Assembly: GCA_964514545.1 (NCBI GenBank)
Contig: CAZETR010000032.1
Span: 1-57,994, forward strand
DNA length: 57,994 nucleotides
Source: an uncultured Gammaproteobacteria bacterium
Lineage (GTDB): Bacteria > Patescibacteriota > Microgenomatia > CAZETR01
Reading direction: 5' to 3'
Below are positions 1-9,964 of the stretch, one piece after another; the stretch's first letter is position 1; every line of letters starts with the position of its first letter. The notes below the pieces were generated by a model. It did not search any database, had not been told where the DNA came from, and saw nothing but the letters and a program-made list of their open reading frames with translations. Both the position numbers and the translations under genes were made by a program.

Positions 1-106
1 CACGCAGTTAATGAAAATATTGGCATCCATATATGAGAAGTCGTAATAATTTATGATTTTAGATTTGAACATTGTTTGGATCTTTGAATTTTGAAGTTAG
101 ATTTTT

Positions 107-1129
107 ATGCAATATAAGATTACTGCTTTTGGGAGCGCGCGAATGGATGTGTTTGTCCAGCTGCCGGATGACGAGATAGATCTGGCATGTGGGATTGACC
201 GAAAGAGGTGCGTGATTGAGTTGGGATATGGGGAAAAGATTCCGTTGCGCGGGGTTGAGTACTGGGTGGGGGGAAATGCGGCAAATTTGGTAGTTGGAAT
301 GAAGAGATTGGATATTAACGGCCAGTTGCTCGCTGAATTGGGAACAGGGCCAATGGCGGATTTGGCCAGCGAACAGTTGGCGAATGAGGGAATAGGAATG
401 GAACGGGTGACGCAGACGACAGGAGTGAGCGGGGGGCTGGGAATAGTTATTAACTATCAGGCGGAGAGAACTATCCTTTCTTATTACGCGCCCGAGAGGC
501 CGCAATTTCCGGAAACTCTAGTTCCGACGGAGTGGGGGTATTTGACCAGCATGGGAGAGGGATTTGAGGATTATTACGCAAAGGTTCTCTCCTGGGTGAG
601 AACAAATAAAGTGAAACTGGGGTTTAATCCGGGAGGGAGACAGATTAAGAAAGGCGCCGAATGGTTGGGGCAATACTTGAAGGCAACGGAGATATTGTTT
701 GTCAACAGAGAAGAAGCCTCCGCTCTGCTGAGCGGAAATCCCAAATCCCAAATCCCAAATCCCAATTTGAATGCCGAGATGATTGTCGATGTAAAAAAAT
801 TATTGGGGGGGTTGGTGGGGATGGGGCCGAGGGTGGTCGTGATGACCGATGGACCAAACGGGGCATACGCTTGTAACGGACAGACCTGCGTACATATACC
901 GATTATTGATGCTCCGGTTGTGGAGAGAACGGGGGCAGGGGATGCGTTTAGCACGGGATTTATGGCGGCAATCATTTTGGGGAAAGACATAGAAACGGCA
1001 ATGAAGTGGGGGACGGTCAATAGCGCGGCGGTGATCGGAAAAGTGGGAGCGGAACAGGGATTACTTCGGACGGGAGAGATAGACGAGTGGATGGGGAAAG
1101 TGGTTGCGGTGATTCAGGTGTCCGGGTAA
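107..1129 (+). CDS. PfkB/ribokinase-family carbohydrate kinase
   Basis: GGNAANL N-terminal signature and VERTGAGDAFSTGF PfkB motif; heptamer-repeat insert NPKSQIPNPNL at ~737-770. Confidence 0.9.
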   Translation: MQYKITAFGSARMDVFVQLPDDEIDLACGIDRKRCVIELGYGEKIPLRGVEYWVGGNAANLVVGMKRLDINGQLLAELGTGPMADLASEQLANEGIGMERVTQTTGVSGGLGIVINYQAERTILSYYAPERPQFPETLVPTEWGYLTSMGEGFEDYYAKVLSWVRTNKVKLGFNPGGRQIKKGAEWLGQYLKATEILFVNREEASALLSGNPKSQIPNPNLNAEMIVDVKKLLGGLVGMGPRVVVMTDGPNGAYACNGQTCVHIPIIDAPVVERTGAGDAFSTGFMAAIILGKDIETAMKWGTVNSAAVIGKVGAEQGLLRTGEIDEWMGKVVAVIQVSG

Positions 1130-1237
1130 GTGAACGCGTGGACGATGCCTGGATCGGTTGGATGTAGGTAATTAGCAACCGTAAAAATTTCTTGACGAAT
1201 CTAGGGTGCTTTGGGCTGACGTTTTCCACCCATTGAA

Positions 1238-1807
1238 GTGGAATTGGGGCTTGATTTTTCTAATTATGGTTACCATAATTTGCTAAGTATGGCTGAAGAT
1301 GATGCAAGAGCCGGTGAGCGGGGTCCAGGTGTAATTGAGGCGGAGCGTGTGGACTATAGGGAGCTAGCTCGTAGCGCGAAGTCTTATTTCACCAGAGCGC
1401 TAGGTGAAGTACGGTTGTCAGCTGAGCTCGGGGACTGTTTACTTAGCGGCAAATTAGTGAGTGAAACGGACGAAAGACAGTATGTATTTACTGAATATGG
1501 AGTATTTGTTGTAAACGTGGGACTGCCGGGTGCGCTTCTTGAAGAACAAATGGAATCGTTTGTGAGATCAGTCAAGGACGGAAAGGCTAGGAATGTGACA
1601 GGGTGGAGTGCAATGAGCGTTGGAGACAGGGAATACTCTGTGGGGAAGATGGAGCTGATGGGAGATCATGATGTTGATCTTCTGGCTGGTGATTTGGCAA
1701 AAATGGAGAGAATGCTAAAGAAAGCAGAAGAGGAGAGGGAGTTGACTAGCGGTCGAGTAACGGAGATCGACGCTCGATTTAGAAGTGCAGCGAGTTCTCC
1801 GGCGTAA
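1238..1807 (+). CDS. Hypothetical protein (alternative ATG at 1289)
   Basis: 189-aa ORF filling an otherwise empty gap; no recognised motif. Confidence 0.6.
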   Translation: MELGLDFSNYGYHNLLSMAEDDARAGERGPGVIEAERVDYRELARSAKSYFTRALGEVRLSAELGDCLLSGKLVSETDERQYVFTEYGVFVVNVGLPGALLEEQMESFVRSVKDGKARNVTGWSAMSVGDREYSVGKMELMGDHDVDLLAGDLAKMERMLKKAEEERELTSGRVTEIDARFRSAASSPA

Positions 1808-1863
1808 CTGTAGCTGGGTGGAGTGGCTGAGGAAAATGGGAGGGGTGGAAGCGAGACAGATTT

Positions 1864-1893
1864 GAGATAAGCAAAGCTTGTTTCTGCGAGATA
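1864..1893. repeat. 30-bp hairpin repeat (family B) in a GAGATA tract
   Basis: gagataagcaaagcttgtttctgcgagata; near-identical to the two tandem copies at 24082-24141. Confidence 0.85.
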
Positions 1894-1952
1894 GAGATGG
1901 AGAAATTAATTTGGTGGTTTGGTGACGGATTTGTTGGTATAGTGAACGTGCG

Positions 1953-2939
1953 ATGCGGATTTTTGTGACTAGAAAGATTCCGTTTTGGGACGAGGTGGCA
2001 AGGCCGCTTTATGAGGCGGGATATGAAATTGTGGTGAGGGAGGAGAATAGCCCGATTGCCAGATCCGAGATAGAGATAGAGATAGAGAAAGGATATGACG
2101 GGATGCTTACTTTACTGACGGATAAAATAGACTCTGAATTGTTGGAACACGACAAAAACAAGCAGTTGAAAATTATTGCCAATTACGCAGTGGGGTTTGA
2201 CAACATTGATGTTGAGGTATGTCGAGCGCGGGGGGTAATGGTGACGAATACGCCTAGCGATAAGGTGAACGAGAGTGTGGCGGAGCACACCTGGACGCTG
2301 ATGCTGGCGCTCTCCCGAAGAGTGGTTGAGGCGCATGAGTTTATGCGGAATGCGGCATACAGGGGATGGGAACCGGATATATTTTTGGGTCAGGATCTGG
2401 TCGGAAAAACAGTGGGAATTGTGGGAATGGGGAGAATCGGGGAAATGGTGGCCAGAAGAGAGAAGGGGTTTGGAATGAAAGTGCTTTACTTTAACAGACG
2501 GAGAATTGAGATAGAGATAGAGAAAGAATTGGGAGTGGACTATAGGGCTAGTCTTGAAGACTTGCTAAGAGAGAGCGACTATGTTTCTTTGCATGTACCA
2601 CTCACTCCCGAGACTCGGCATCTGATTAACGGAAAGAACCTGGCGTTATTTAAGAAGGGCGCGTTTCTGGTAAATACCGCTCGTGGGCCGGTGGTGAATG
2701 AGACGGAGGTGGTGGAGGCGCTAAGAGCGGGAATGCTGGGGGGCTATGCGACTGACGTTTATGAAAATGAGCCTAATCCACATCCGGAGCTATTGGGGAT
2801 GGCAAACGTAATAATGACGCCCCATATTGCCTCGGCGACTGTCGCGGCGAGGAGAGACATGGGTGAGATAGCGGTTAAAAATTTAGTGGAAGGCTTGGGG
2901 GGTAAGCAGCCTTCGAATATGGTTGGCGATAAATCTTGA
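1953..2939 (+). CDS. D-isomer-specific 2-hydroxyacid dehydrogenase (glyoxylate reductase / D-glycerate dehydrogenase-like)
   Basis: IANYAVGFDNID, GIVGMGRIG Rossmann motif, VNTARG, TDVYENEP, TPHIAS. Confidence 0.92.
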   Translation: MRIFVTRKIPFWDEVARPLYEAGYEIVVREENSPIARSEIEIEIEKGYDGMLTLLTDKIDSELLEHDKNKQLKIIANYAVGFDNIDVEVCRARGVMVTNTPSDKVNESVAEHTWTLMLALSRRVVEAHEFMRNAAYRGWEPDIFLGQDLVGKTVGIVGMGRIGEMVARREKGFGMKVLYFNRRRIEIEIEKELGVDYRASLEDLLRESDYVSLHVPLTPETRHLINGKNLALFKKGAFLVNTARGPVVNETEVVEALRAGMLGGYATDVYENEPNPHPELLGMANVIMTPHIASATVAARRDMGEIAVKNLVEGLGGKQPSNMVGDKS

Positions 2940-3007
2940 ATAACTTCTCAAATCGCAAATCCCAAATCCCAAGTTCCAAACAAATTCTAAATTCAAAATA
3001 ATAACAA

Positions 3008-4090
3008 GTGGAGCAAGACCCGCGAAAAATTAAGTTTGAAAATACGTCGGAGTTGCCGCCGACGACGAAAAGGTTTTCGGCGACTCGTGAGGCTAAGCCT
3101 GATTCAGAGAGGGGCGGGGAGGCTGACCAAGGGGGAGGGAAGGGATTGAAGCGAAATAAAAAGGTAGAGAGCAATCCCAGGCTGGTGCTGGCGATTCTGG
3201 CGCTGACGGTGGGCGCGACCTTAGTTATTTGGTGGACCAGGAGAATTCCCGAGGCAATTCGTGAGTTATCTAGCCCAAGGATTGTCGAAATTATGGGCGA
3301 TAGCAAAGAGTCTAAATCGAAGATAGCAGAAGAGAGAAGGATTGACTGGGAAAAACTTAAGATGGAGGTGGGATCCCAATTGAAAGCAGCTAAAGGGGAC
3401 TATTCGGTGGATGTTTATGATTTGGCAAGCCGGAAGTCAATTGGAATTGGCGAAAACAGGCCGATGACGGCCGCCTCTCTAATTAAATTGCCGGTATTAA
3501 TTTCTCTGTATCAACAGGGAGAATTCGGAAAGATAAATCCGGATTCAAAATATGTTTTGGAGGAAGCAGATAAAAGACAAGGGTCGGGGAGTATGGCATA
3601 TGCCAAGGCCGGGTCAAGCTATACTTATCGCAAGATGGCGGAACTGATGGGACAGCAAAGTGATAATACGGCCTTTCACGTTGTGACGGGAAGACTAGGC
3701 GGGGAAGCAATTGAAAAAACAATTACACAGGCAGGCTTGCTAAATACCAGCTTTAAGGAAAATGAAACGACGGCGTACGACGTGGCGACACTATTGATTA
3801 AGCTATACAGGGGGGAACTGCTAAATAGAAAGAATTCGGATGAGATTTTGGGGTTTCTGACAAAGACGATTTACGAGGACAGAATCCCAACCGGGGTGCC
3901 GACTGGGGTGAGAGTGGCGCATAAGGTGGGGACCGAGGTTGGGGTGGTGTCGGATGGGGGGATTGTATATGCAAAAAATCCTTACGTGCTGGTAATTATG
4001 AGTAAGGAGGCGAGTTTGGCTGAGGCACAAAAATTGTTGCCGGAGGTAAGTCGAGTGGTCTGGAATTATTTGGGGGATATACCCAAATAA
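3008..4090 (+). CDS. Membrane-anchored class A beta-lactamase-like serine hydrolase
   Basis: SxxK (ASLIK), SDN, HKVG (KTG-like) motifs; N-terminal TM segment. Confidence 0.85.
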   Translation: MEQDPRKIKFENTSELPPTTKRFSATREAKPDSERGGEADQGGGKGLKRNKKVESNPRLVLAILALTVGATLVIWWTRRIPEAIRELSSPRIVEIMGDSKESKSKIAEERRIDWEKLKMEVGSQLKAAKGDYSVDVYDLASRKSIGIGENRPMTAASLIKLPVLISLYQQGEFGKINPDSKYVLEEADKRQGSGSMAYAKAGSSYTYRKMAELMGQQSDNTAFHVVTGRLGGEAIEKTITQAGLLNTSFKENETTAYDVATLLIKLYRGELLNRKNSDEILGFLTKTIYEDRIPTGVPTGVRVAHKVGTEVGVVSDGGIVYAKNPYVLVIMSKEASLAEAQKLLPEVSRVVWNYLGDIPK

Positions 4091-4228
4091 CCCTAATTTG
4101 TAGGCAAACTGATTTGTGTATATATTCAAATACCCCCGTTTGCGGTTGCAAACCCGAGTATGTTGACTATAAATGAGCGGTACTTACCCATTGACAGGTA
4201 ATCTTAGTTGTTCCAGACTGGAGGAGCG

Positions 4229-5611
4229 ATGTTGGCAAACAGAAAGGGAGCTGCCCACCTGGTGATTCTGTTATTGGTTTTGCTGGTAGTGGGTTTGGTG
4301 GTAGCGTTGTCGGCTTCGAAGAAGACAATTTCCTTTAAGCCCAAGGCGGCGGAGGAGACGGTTATTTGTGGCGGGAGGGTGCCTTGTCCTTCGCCAACGG
4401 GGACAGGTAGATCTCTCAAGATTAAAGTTCAGTTTGAAAAGATAACTAAGGACGTGGGGGTGATTCCTGTAATAGTCAATTTCTACTCAAGCCCGAATGG
4501 CGGGTTGCCGCAGGCGGTCGTAGTGACGACGAAATTTGTTGGTATTGCTGGCCGGGGTGGGGGATATCAAGGCGTGTTGAATAATATTCCGGTTGGAGAT
4601 CGGTTTGACGTGGGGGTAAAGAGCGATAGGCACTTGGGAGTAATAGCGAAGGGGGTAATGTTTAAAGATGGGCAGACGGAGCTGGATCTGACTAACCGAG
4701 TGCTATTGGCAGGGGATATAAACGGGGGATTTGGGGGATGGGGGGATGATTACGTGACCATTCTGGACTTTAGCCGACTGTCGTCGGAGATGGGAAAGAA
4801 GGGGAAATATGTTTCGGACCTGGACTATAATGGAGTAGTTAACCAAGTAGATGCAGATATTCTGAAAGCCAATTTTGGCAAGCAAGGTGACTGGTCATTA
4901 TTGCCCGTACCGACGTCGATACCGACGCCGAGGCCGACTGGGGTGATAATTAAGACGTCTAGTGCCAAAAGGGGAGATTGCAATGGTGATGGAAACGTGG
5001 ACGCTGGGGATGTTTCGGCCTTGGCCTTGGAGATAGCAGATAGCAGTCAAAACAATGGTAATGCGTTGTTGGCCGGGGGTGGAACGTTTGCTGGCACTAT
5101 TGGTTGCGATGTGAATTATGATCGGGTAGTAAATTCTAAAGATAATGCTCCACTCACAGACTTGATCTTTAACACGCCCAACTCACTGCCCGGGGATTGT
5201 AATGCAGATGGGAAGCTGGATGCGGGTGATATTTCGGCAATGGCGCTAGAAATAGAGGATACATTTACCCAAGGGAACAATCCCTTCAAGGCGGGTTTGG
5301 GTAAGTTTAAGGGAGGCTTGGGGTGTGATGTAAACTATGATGGGGTAATAAATGCTGCGGATCCGGTGGCTCTGTCGCTTGTTGTGAGTTCGAATACCAA
5401 GATGGGTCGTTCCGGGGATTGTAATGGGGACTCGCTAATCAATGCAGGCGATATTTCGGCTTTAACTTTGGAAATAAAGGACATGTTTAAGTATGGGTCA
5501 AATCCGCTCGAGGTTGGAAAGGGCGACTTTAACGGGTCGCTGGGTTGCGACATGAATTATGACCGGGTAATAAATGCGGCTGACATATCTGCACAGGCAT
5601 ATCTAAAATAG
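4229..5611 (+). CDS. Secreted/anchored protein with multiple dockerin-like (EF-hand-type) repeats
   Basis: N-terminal hydrophobic segment; three ~70-aa GDCNxDG...GCDxNYDxVxN units plus an earlier GDIN...DLDYNG unit; SD ggagga at 4220-4225. Confidence 0.75.
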   Translation: MLANRKGAAHLVILLLVLLVVGLVVALSASKKTISFKPKAAEETVICGGRVPCPSPTGTGRSLKIKVQFEKITKDVGVIPVIVNFYSSPNGGLPQAVVVTTKFVGIAGRGGGYQGVLNNIPVGDRFDVGVKSDRHLGVIAKGVMFKDGQTELDLTNRVLLAGDINGGFGGWGDDYVTILDFSRLSSEMGKKGKYVSDLDYNGVVNQVDADILKANFGKQGDWSLLPVPTSIPTPRPTGVIIKTSSAKRGDCNGDGNVDAGDVSALALEIADSSQNNGNALLAGGGTFAGTIGCDVNYDRVVNSKDNAPLTDLIFNTPNSLPGDCNADGKLDAGDISAMALEIEDTFTQGNNPFKAGLGKFKGGLGCDVNYDGVINAADPVALSLVVSSNTKMGRSGDCNGDSLINAGDISALTLEIKDMFKYGSNPLEVGKGDFNGSLGCDMNYDRVINAADISAQAYLK

Positions 5612-5614
5612 GCA

Positions 5615-8119
5615 TTATCTGGGGAAGTTGGTTGGTGTGGATTTGGGTTCGAGGATTTGTTTGATTTGGTCCGGGGTGCAGGCGGCTTTGGGTTCGGTGC
5701 CGGGAAGGAAATATTCAGCGCGTTTGTTGGGACACTCGGGGCAGGAGCGGGTACCGGTGAGAGTGCAGATTTCAACCCGGACTAGGTTTTGTGGAGGGGA
5801 ATAGGGCTTGTCGGGAATGTCCCGGGTTAAGGCGTACATAGTTTTTTGCCAGATGGATGAGGCACCTGTTACTCCTGAGGCAACATAGCTCATGGACGAA
5901 CTATCGTTGTTTCCCACCCAGACCGCGACTAGGTAGTTCGGTGTAAAGCCGAGAGTCCAGTTGTCCTTGAGATTATTGGAAGTGCCGGTTTTAACAGCTA
6001 CGTGTTTGTTGGGAATTACCAGGGTGGAGTTGGTGCCGAAAGCGGGGGCGCGGGCGGAGTTATCGGAGAGAATATCGATAAGCTGATAGGCGACGGCGGG
6101 ATTGAGGACGTGTTTGGCGGGGCAGGAGGACGGGAGACTGAGGTTGGAAGTTTGAAGTTGAAGATTGAAGTTTGAGGATTGAAGATCGAAGGGACAAGTG
6201 TACTCTTCGAGTGTTTTGCCTTTGTAATCTGTTACTTTGAGAATGGGTTGAAGGTCGATGCGGGTGCCAAGATTGGCAATGGTGCCAAAGGCCGTGGCCA
6301 TGTCGGTCATTTTGACTTCTCCGCCACCCAGAGTGAGCGACAATCCGTATTGATTCGGGTCGACCCAGGTGGTGATGCCCATTTCCCTGCCTCTTTCGAT
6401 CATTCTTTGAACTCCGAGATTAGCCAGGGTGCGGACTGCCGGGATGTTATATGAGGAGGCGAGAGCTGTTCTAAGCGTGACCTTGCCGTGGAAGGAGCCG
6501 TCGTAGTTGCGGGGGGTATAGATAGGTTGGCCGGGGACTTTGAAACTGACAGGTGAATCGTCGATTATGGACGATGGCGTGTAGCCGTTTTCCAAGGCGA
6601 GCGAGTACATGACCGGCTTGATTGATGATCCGGGTTGGCGGAGGGCCGTTGTGACGTTGAAGTTGCCGTCGTGGGCAATATCGAAATAATCTTTGGAGCC
6701 GACCATGGCCAGGATCTCACCTGTCTGGGGATTGGTAACAAGGGCGGCCCCATTTGAAATTCTAAACCGGTCCAGGGTTTTGATTTCCTCGGAGAGAATT
6801 TGCTGTGAAAGTTTTTGAGTGTTGAGGTCAAGTGACGTGGTCACTTCCAGGCCACCCTGTTCAACAACGTCTTCCCCGTATTTCTCGGCCAACAAACTTC
6901 TGACGTACATGACAAAGTGGGGAGCTTGGATACCGTTTTTAAGGGGAGCGAAAACGAGTAGAGCGTTCTCGGCTTCAGTTAGCTGGGATTTGGTGATGAA
7001 ATTATTAAGATACATAAGACGGAGGACGTCGAGCTGGCGCTTTTTGGCGAGTTCCGGATGAGCACCAAACGGAGAGTAAGTGGTGGGAGAAGCGGGTAGA
7101 CCTGCCAAAAGGGCCGATTCGCTGAGAGTGAGGTCCTTGGCGGATTTGGCGAAGTAAAGTTGCGACGCCTCTTCAACTCCATAGGCTGAGCCACCGTAAT
7201 TGACCTCGTTTAGGTACATTTCCAGGATTTGGTCTTTGGTGTAATAGTTTTCAGTACGGATAGCCAAAACAAGCTCCTTTATTTTTCGGGAATATGTTTT
7301 TTCGGACGAGAGAAGGGCGTTTTTGACTAATTGCTGAGTAATAGTTGAACCACCTGTCCGGGCGTTGTTGGTGGTGTTTTTGTAGATAGCGCGCAGGATC
7401 CCGCGTAGGGAAATGCCGGGGTGGGTGTAGAAATCTTTGTCTTCAGCGGCAATTGTAGCCTGGCGGAGTTGGATGGGGATATTTTCGAATTTGGCAAGTG
7501 AACGGTTTTCATTTTTATAAACTTTGTAGAGAAGATTGTGATTCCGGTCGTAGATTTTGGTTGTCAGGTGGACCTGGCGGGAGGCCAGCTCCTGCGGTGA
7601 GGGGAGGCCGCGGAGGATAGCGATATAAAAATAGGTTGCGAATACAAAAGTAATTGATAGCAAGAGAACCGGCACGGGTCTGATCTTGGGGAGATTAATT
7701 TTAGGTTTTACTAAGATAGAGTGGAATTTTTTCGGTTTGGGTCTAGGGGGAGGGAGGATTAATTTAAATATTGCGGATGGGGCGGAGATAAGGATTGTTA
7801 ATAATTTGGAAGCACTGACTTTGAACTTCGAGAAAGGTCTGATGATGGTTAACAAAGTTTTTAATAAGGCAAACTTAAGTAAGAGAAATAGAAGACGGAG
7901 GAGAAAGTGAGCTGACTTGAGGACAAAAATTAAAGTCGCAGCGGATACAGAGATCGCAAACTGGATTAGATTAAGTGCAAAAAAAAGCGCGAAGTAAAGG
8001 GGTTTTCCTATGAGTTGAAGTAGACGAATGATGTCAGTAGGGGCGGATGCGCCGAACAGGGTCGGGTTCTTTTTAGTGGGTTTCATGTGATTTGGGCTAT
8101 CGAGCGCGGATTTTGACAC
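5615..8119 (-). CDS. Class A penicillin-binding protein (PBP1A family, transglycosylase + transpeptidase)
   Basis: EDKDFYTHPG, GGSTITQQLVKN, RKIKE; transpeptidase SSIK, SYN, KTG. Confidence 0.95.
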   Translation of the reverse strand: MSKSALDSPNHMKPTKKNPTLFGASAPTDIIRLLQLIGKPLYFALFFALNLIQFAISVSAATLIFVLKSAHFLLRLLFLLLKFALLKTLLTIIRPFSKFKVSASKLLTILISAPSAIFKLILPPPRPKPKKFHSILVKPKINLPKIRPVPVLLLSITFVFATYFYIAILRGLPSPQELASRQVHLTTKIYDRNHNLLYKVYKNENRSLAKFENIPIQLRQATIAAEDKDFYTHPGISLRGILRAIYKNTTNNARTGGSTITQQLVKNALLSSEKTYSRKIKELVLAIRTENYYTKDQILEMYLNEVNYGGSAYGVEEASQLYFAKSAKDLTLSESALLAGLPASPTTYSPFGAHPELAKKRQLDVLRLMYLNNFITKSQLTEAENALLVFAPLKNGIQAPHFVMYVRSLLAEKYGEDVVEQGGLEVTTSLDLNTQKLSQQILSEEIKTLDRFRISNGAALVTNPQTGEILAMVGSKDYFDIAHDGNFNVTTALRQPGSSIKPVMYSLALENGYTPSSIIDDSPVSFKVPGQPIYTPRNYDGSFHGKVTLRTALASSYNIPAVRTLANLGVQRMIERGREMGITTWVDPNQYGLSLTLGGGEVKMTDMATAFGTIANLGTRIDLQPILKVTDYKGKTLEEYTCPFDLQSSNFNLQLQTSNLSLPSSCPAKHVLNPAVAYQLIDILSDNSARAPAFGTNSTLVIPNKHVAVKTGTSNNLKDNWTLGFTPNYLVAVWVGNNDSSSMSYVASGVTGASSIWQKTMYALTRDIPDKPYSPPQNLVRVEICTLTGTRSCPECPNKRAEYFLPGTEPKAACTPDQIKQILEPKSTPTNFPR

Positions 8120-8142
8120 AAAAGCTGGTGATTTAGAAGCAG

Positions 8143-8676
8143 GTGATTTGGTGGGCCTGGTATGATATGCGTGGAGTGGAAAGGGAACCTAATACAATTG
8201 AGGTAGAGAGTTGGGGAAAATTGAAAGAGTTGTATGCTGCGTGGTCTGCGGTTTTGACAATGGCTGCAGGTCTAGAGGGATCAGGAAGCTTCGCGGCCAC
8301 TGTTAACGAATTGCCATTTTCTTTGCTATTAAAATTTCCTTCTCAGGTTAGGAAGGAGTTTCGAGAAAACGGAGTAGTAATGATAGTGAGCCCAGCCGGG
8401 AAGGCCGAGTGGAGATTTAGGTTCGTCCGACTTGGTGAATTTGCCGAGAGCCAAGGGCAAACGCCGCTGAGCATGTACCACCAGTTGTTTAGGGAGGCGA
8501 GAAGAGTGATTGAGTCAGGTAGGGTGAGGATGGACGAAGGAGGGGATTTTGAAGAGATCAGTGCCAGGTTGCAGGAATTCTTCTCTGAACTGTCACCCGC
8601 CTCAAAACTGGTGGCCGACCAAATGGGAATCACACCGGAATATCTGAATAAAGGCTTGCGGAATATGCCGTGGTAG
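8143..8676 (+). CDS. Hypothetical protein
   Basis: 177-aa ORF filling the gap between two minus-strand genes. Confidence 0.55.
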   Translation: MIWWAWYDMRGVEREPNTIEVESWGKLKELYAAWSAVLTMAAGLEGSGSFAATVNELPFSLLLKFPSQVRKEFRENGVVMIVSPAGKAEWRFRFVRLGEFAESQGQTPLSMYHQLFREARRVIESGRVRMDEGGDFEEISARLQEFFSELSPASKLVADQMGITPEYLNKGLRNMPW

Positions 8677-8691
8677 CCAGATGTTGAAACA

Positions 8692-9939
8692 CTAATTACT
8701 GATCGCTTGCCAGAGGGAGCCGGTTTCGTCGTCGTAGCCCCAGGCCCAGGCGGCGATGCCCGCGAGTCCGGCGTTATCGACCAGCTGGCGCTTGAGTCTA
8801 AGAGATACGGGGTTGTCATACCAGATTTGTTTTACATTTTTGCCGTCGGAGTAAATGAAATATGGAGTTAAAGAAACCGGGTCGATAGCCTGTTGGTACG
8901 GTTTGCCTAAAAGAGCAAGGGAGTTAATTGTAGCTTGGACCCGGTCATAGGAAGCAGTTATGCCTCTGTCGGTTGTGTTGGCTCCAGGGCTTGCTGAAAC
9001 AGTGGGCCACTCGTAGCCATAAAAGGGAACGGCGAGAACCAGCTTATTTACTGGTACGATCTGGGAGTAGTCGCGAATTGAGGAAGTAATATCATAATCA
9101 TATTGGCAGTGAGAAGTTTCTCTTCCGGAGAGATTTTCAAGTAGACCGGCAAGAGTATTTGCCGGGCAGGCGCCACGAAGCGGGGCGACCGGGCCGGCCT
9201 GAATTGAACCGGGACGAGAAAAGTCATATCCCATGATGATTACCGTATCAACCAGAGGCGAGAGAGATCCAAGGTCCCAAATTCGCGGTTTTTTAGCGGC
9301 GTCGGCGTAGGCATCGATCGATAATTGACAGGGGTTGCTAGTTGATGATTGGCACTGAGATCTGAGCTCTTTGACGAAACTGGTGAGGTTTTGGATTGTT
9401 GATTCCGGTGGGGTGCCGGTGTATTCAATATCGACATTAATCCCGTCGAAGCTTCTTTGGTTAAGCGTGGACATGGTAGTGTCAATTATTTTTTGGCGGG
9501 CCGATGGGGATGAAAGAGCTGTTTCTATGTCGTCGTTTTGCATCATGCGCAAGACCAGCAGAACTTTGCCCCCGCGGTCTTTGACCTTGCGGGCCAGGCG
9601 GGAGAAGGGCTCTTTGAGATAATGGGTGAGTCCGGGTTCTTTGTAACCATCAGCCGTCGTTACCCGAAGGTTTCCTTTTCCGTCAAACTCCAGTCCGAAA
9701 TAGGCAAGATGGGTAAACGGCGGCAAGTCGCGGTCGGCGACGTCGTCGATTAGCCAAAATGGCAGAAAGGCAAATACCTGGCGATTTGATTTGGGAACGG
9801 TGGTGTTGGTATTCAAGGAAAGAATTGATCCAAGCGGGGAGAGGAGTGTTTGGGGGCGGGAGAATCTAAGAACGGTAATGACAAGTCCGATTAGAAATAA
9901 AAACGATCCCGAGAAAAGGAGAGAGTGGGTGCGGGTCAT
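8692..9939 (-). CDS. Glycoside hydrolase family 18 (chitinase/YdhD-like), membrane-anchored
   Basis: FDGINVDIEY catalytic DxxDxDxE-type motif, IMGYDF, VPFYG, WAWGYD. Confidence 0.9.
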   Translation of the reverse strand: MTRTHSLLFSGSFLFLIGLVITVLRFSRPQTLLSPLGSILSLNTNTTVPKSNRQVFAFLPFWLIDDVADRDLPPFTHLAYFGLEFDGKGNLRVTTADGYKEPGLTHYLKEPFSRLARKVKDRGGKVLLVLRMMQNDDIETALSSPSARQKIIDTTMSTLNQRSFDGINVDIEYTGTPPESTIQNLTSFVKELRSQCQSSTSNPCQLSIDAYADAAKKPRIWDLGSLSPLVDTVIIMGYDFSRPGSIQAGPVAPLRGACPANTLAGLLENLSGRETSHCQYDYDITSSIRDYSQIVPVNKLVLAVPFYGYEWPTVSASPGANTTDRGITASYDRVQATINSLALLGKPYQQAIDPVSLTPYFIYSDGKNVKQIWYDNPVSLRLKRQLVDNAGLAGIAAWAWGYDDETGSLWQAISN

Positions 9940-9964
9940 GGCTACGGAATTTTAGCATTTCATT

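Noticed and set aside
3008-4090. Functional antibiotic-resistance beta-lactamase
   Set aside because: Membrane-anchored with KVG and no clear omega-loop Glu; better described as a beta-lactamase-like hydrolase
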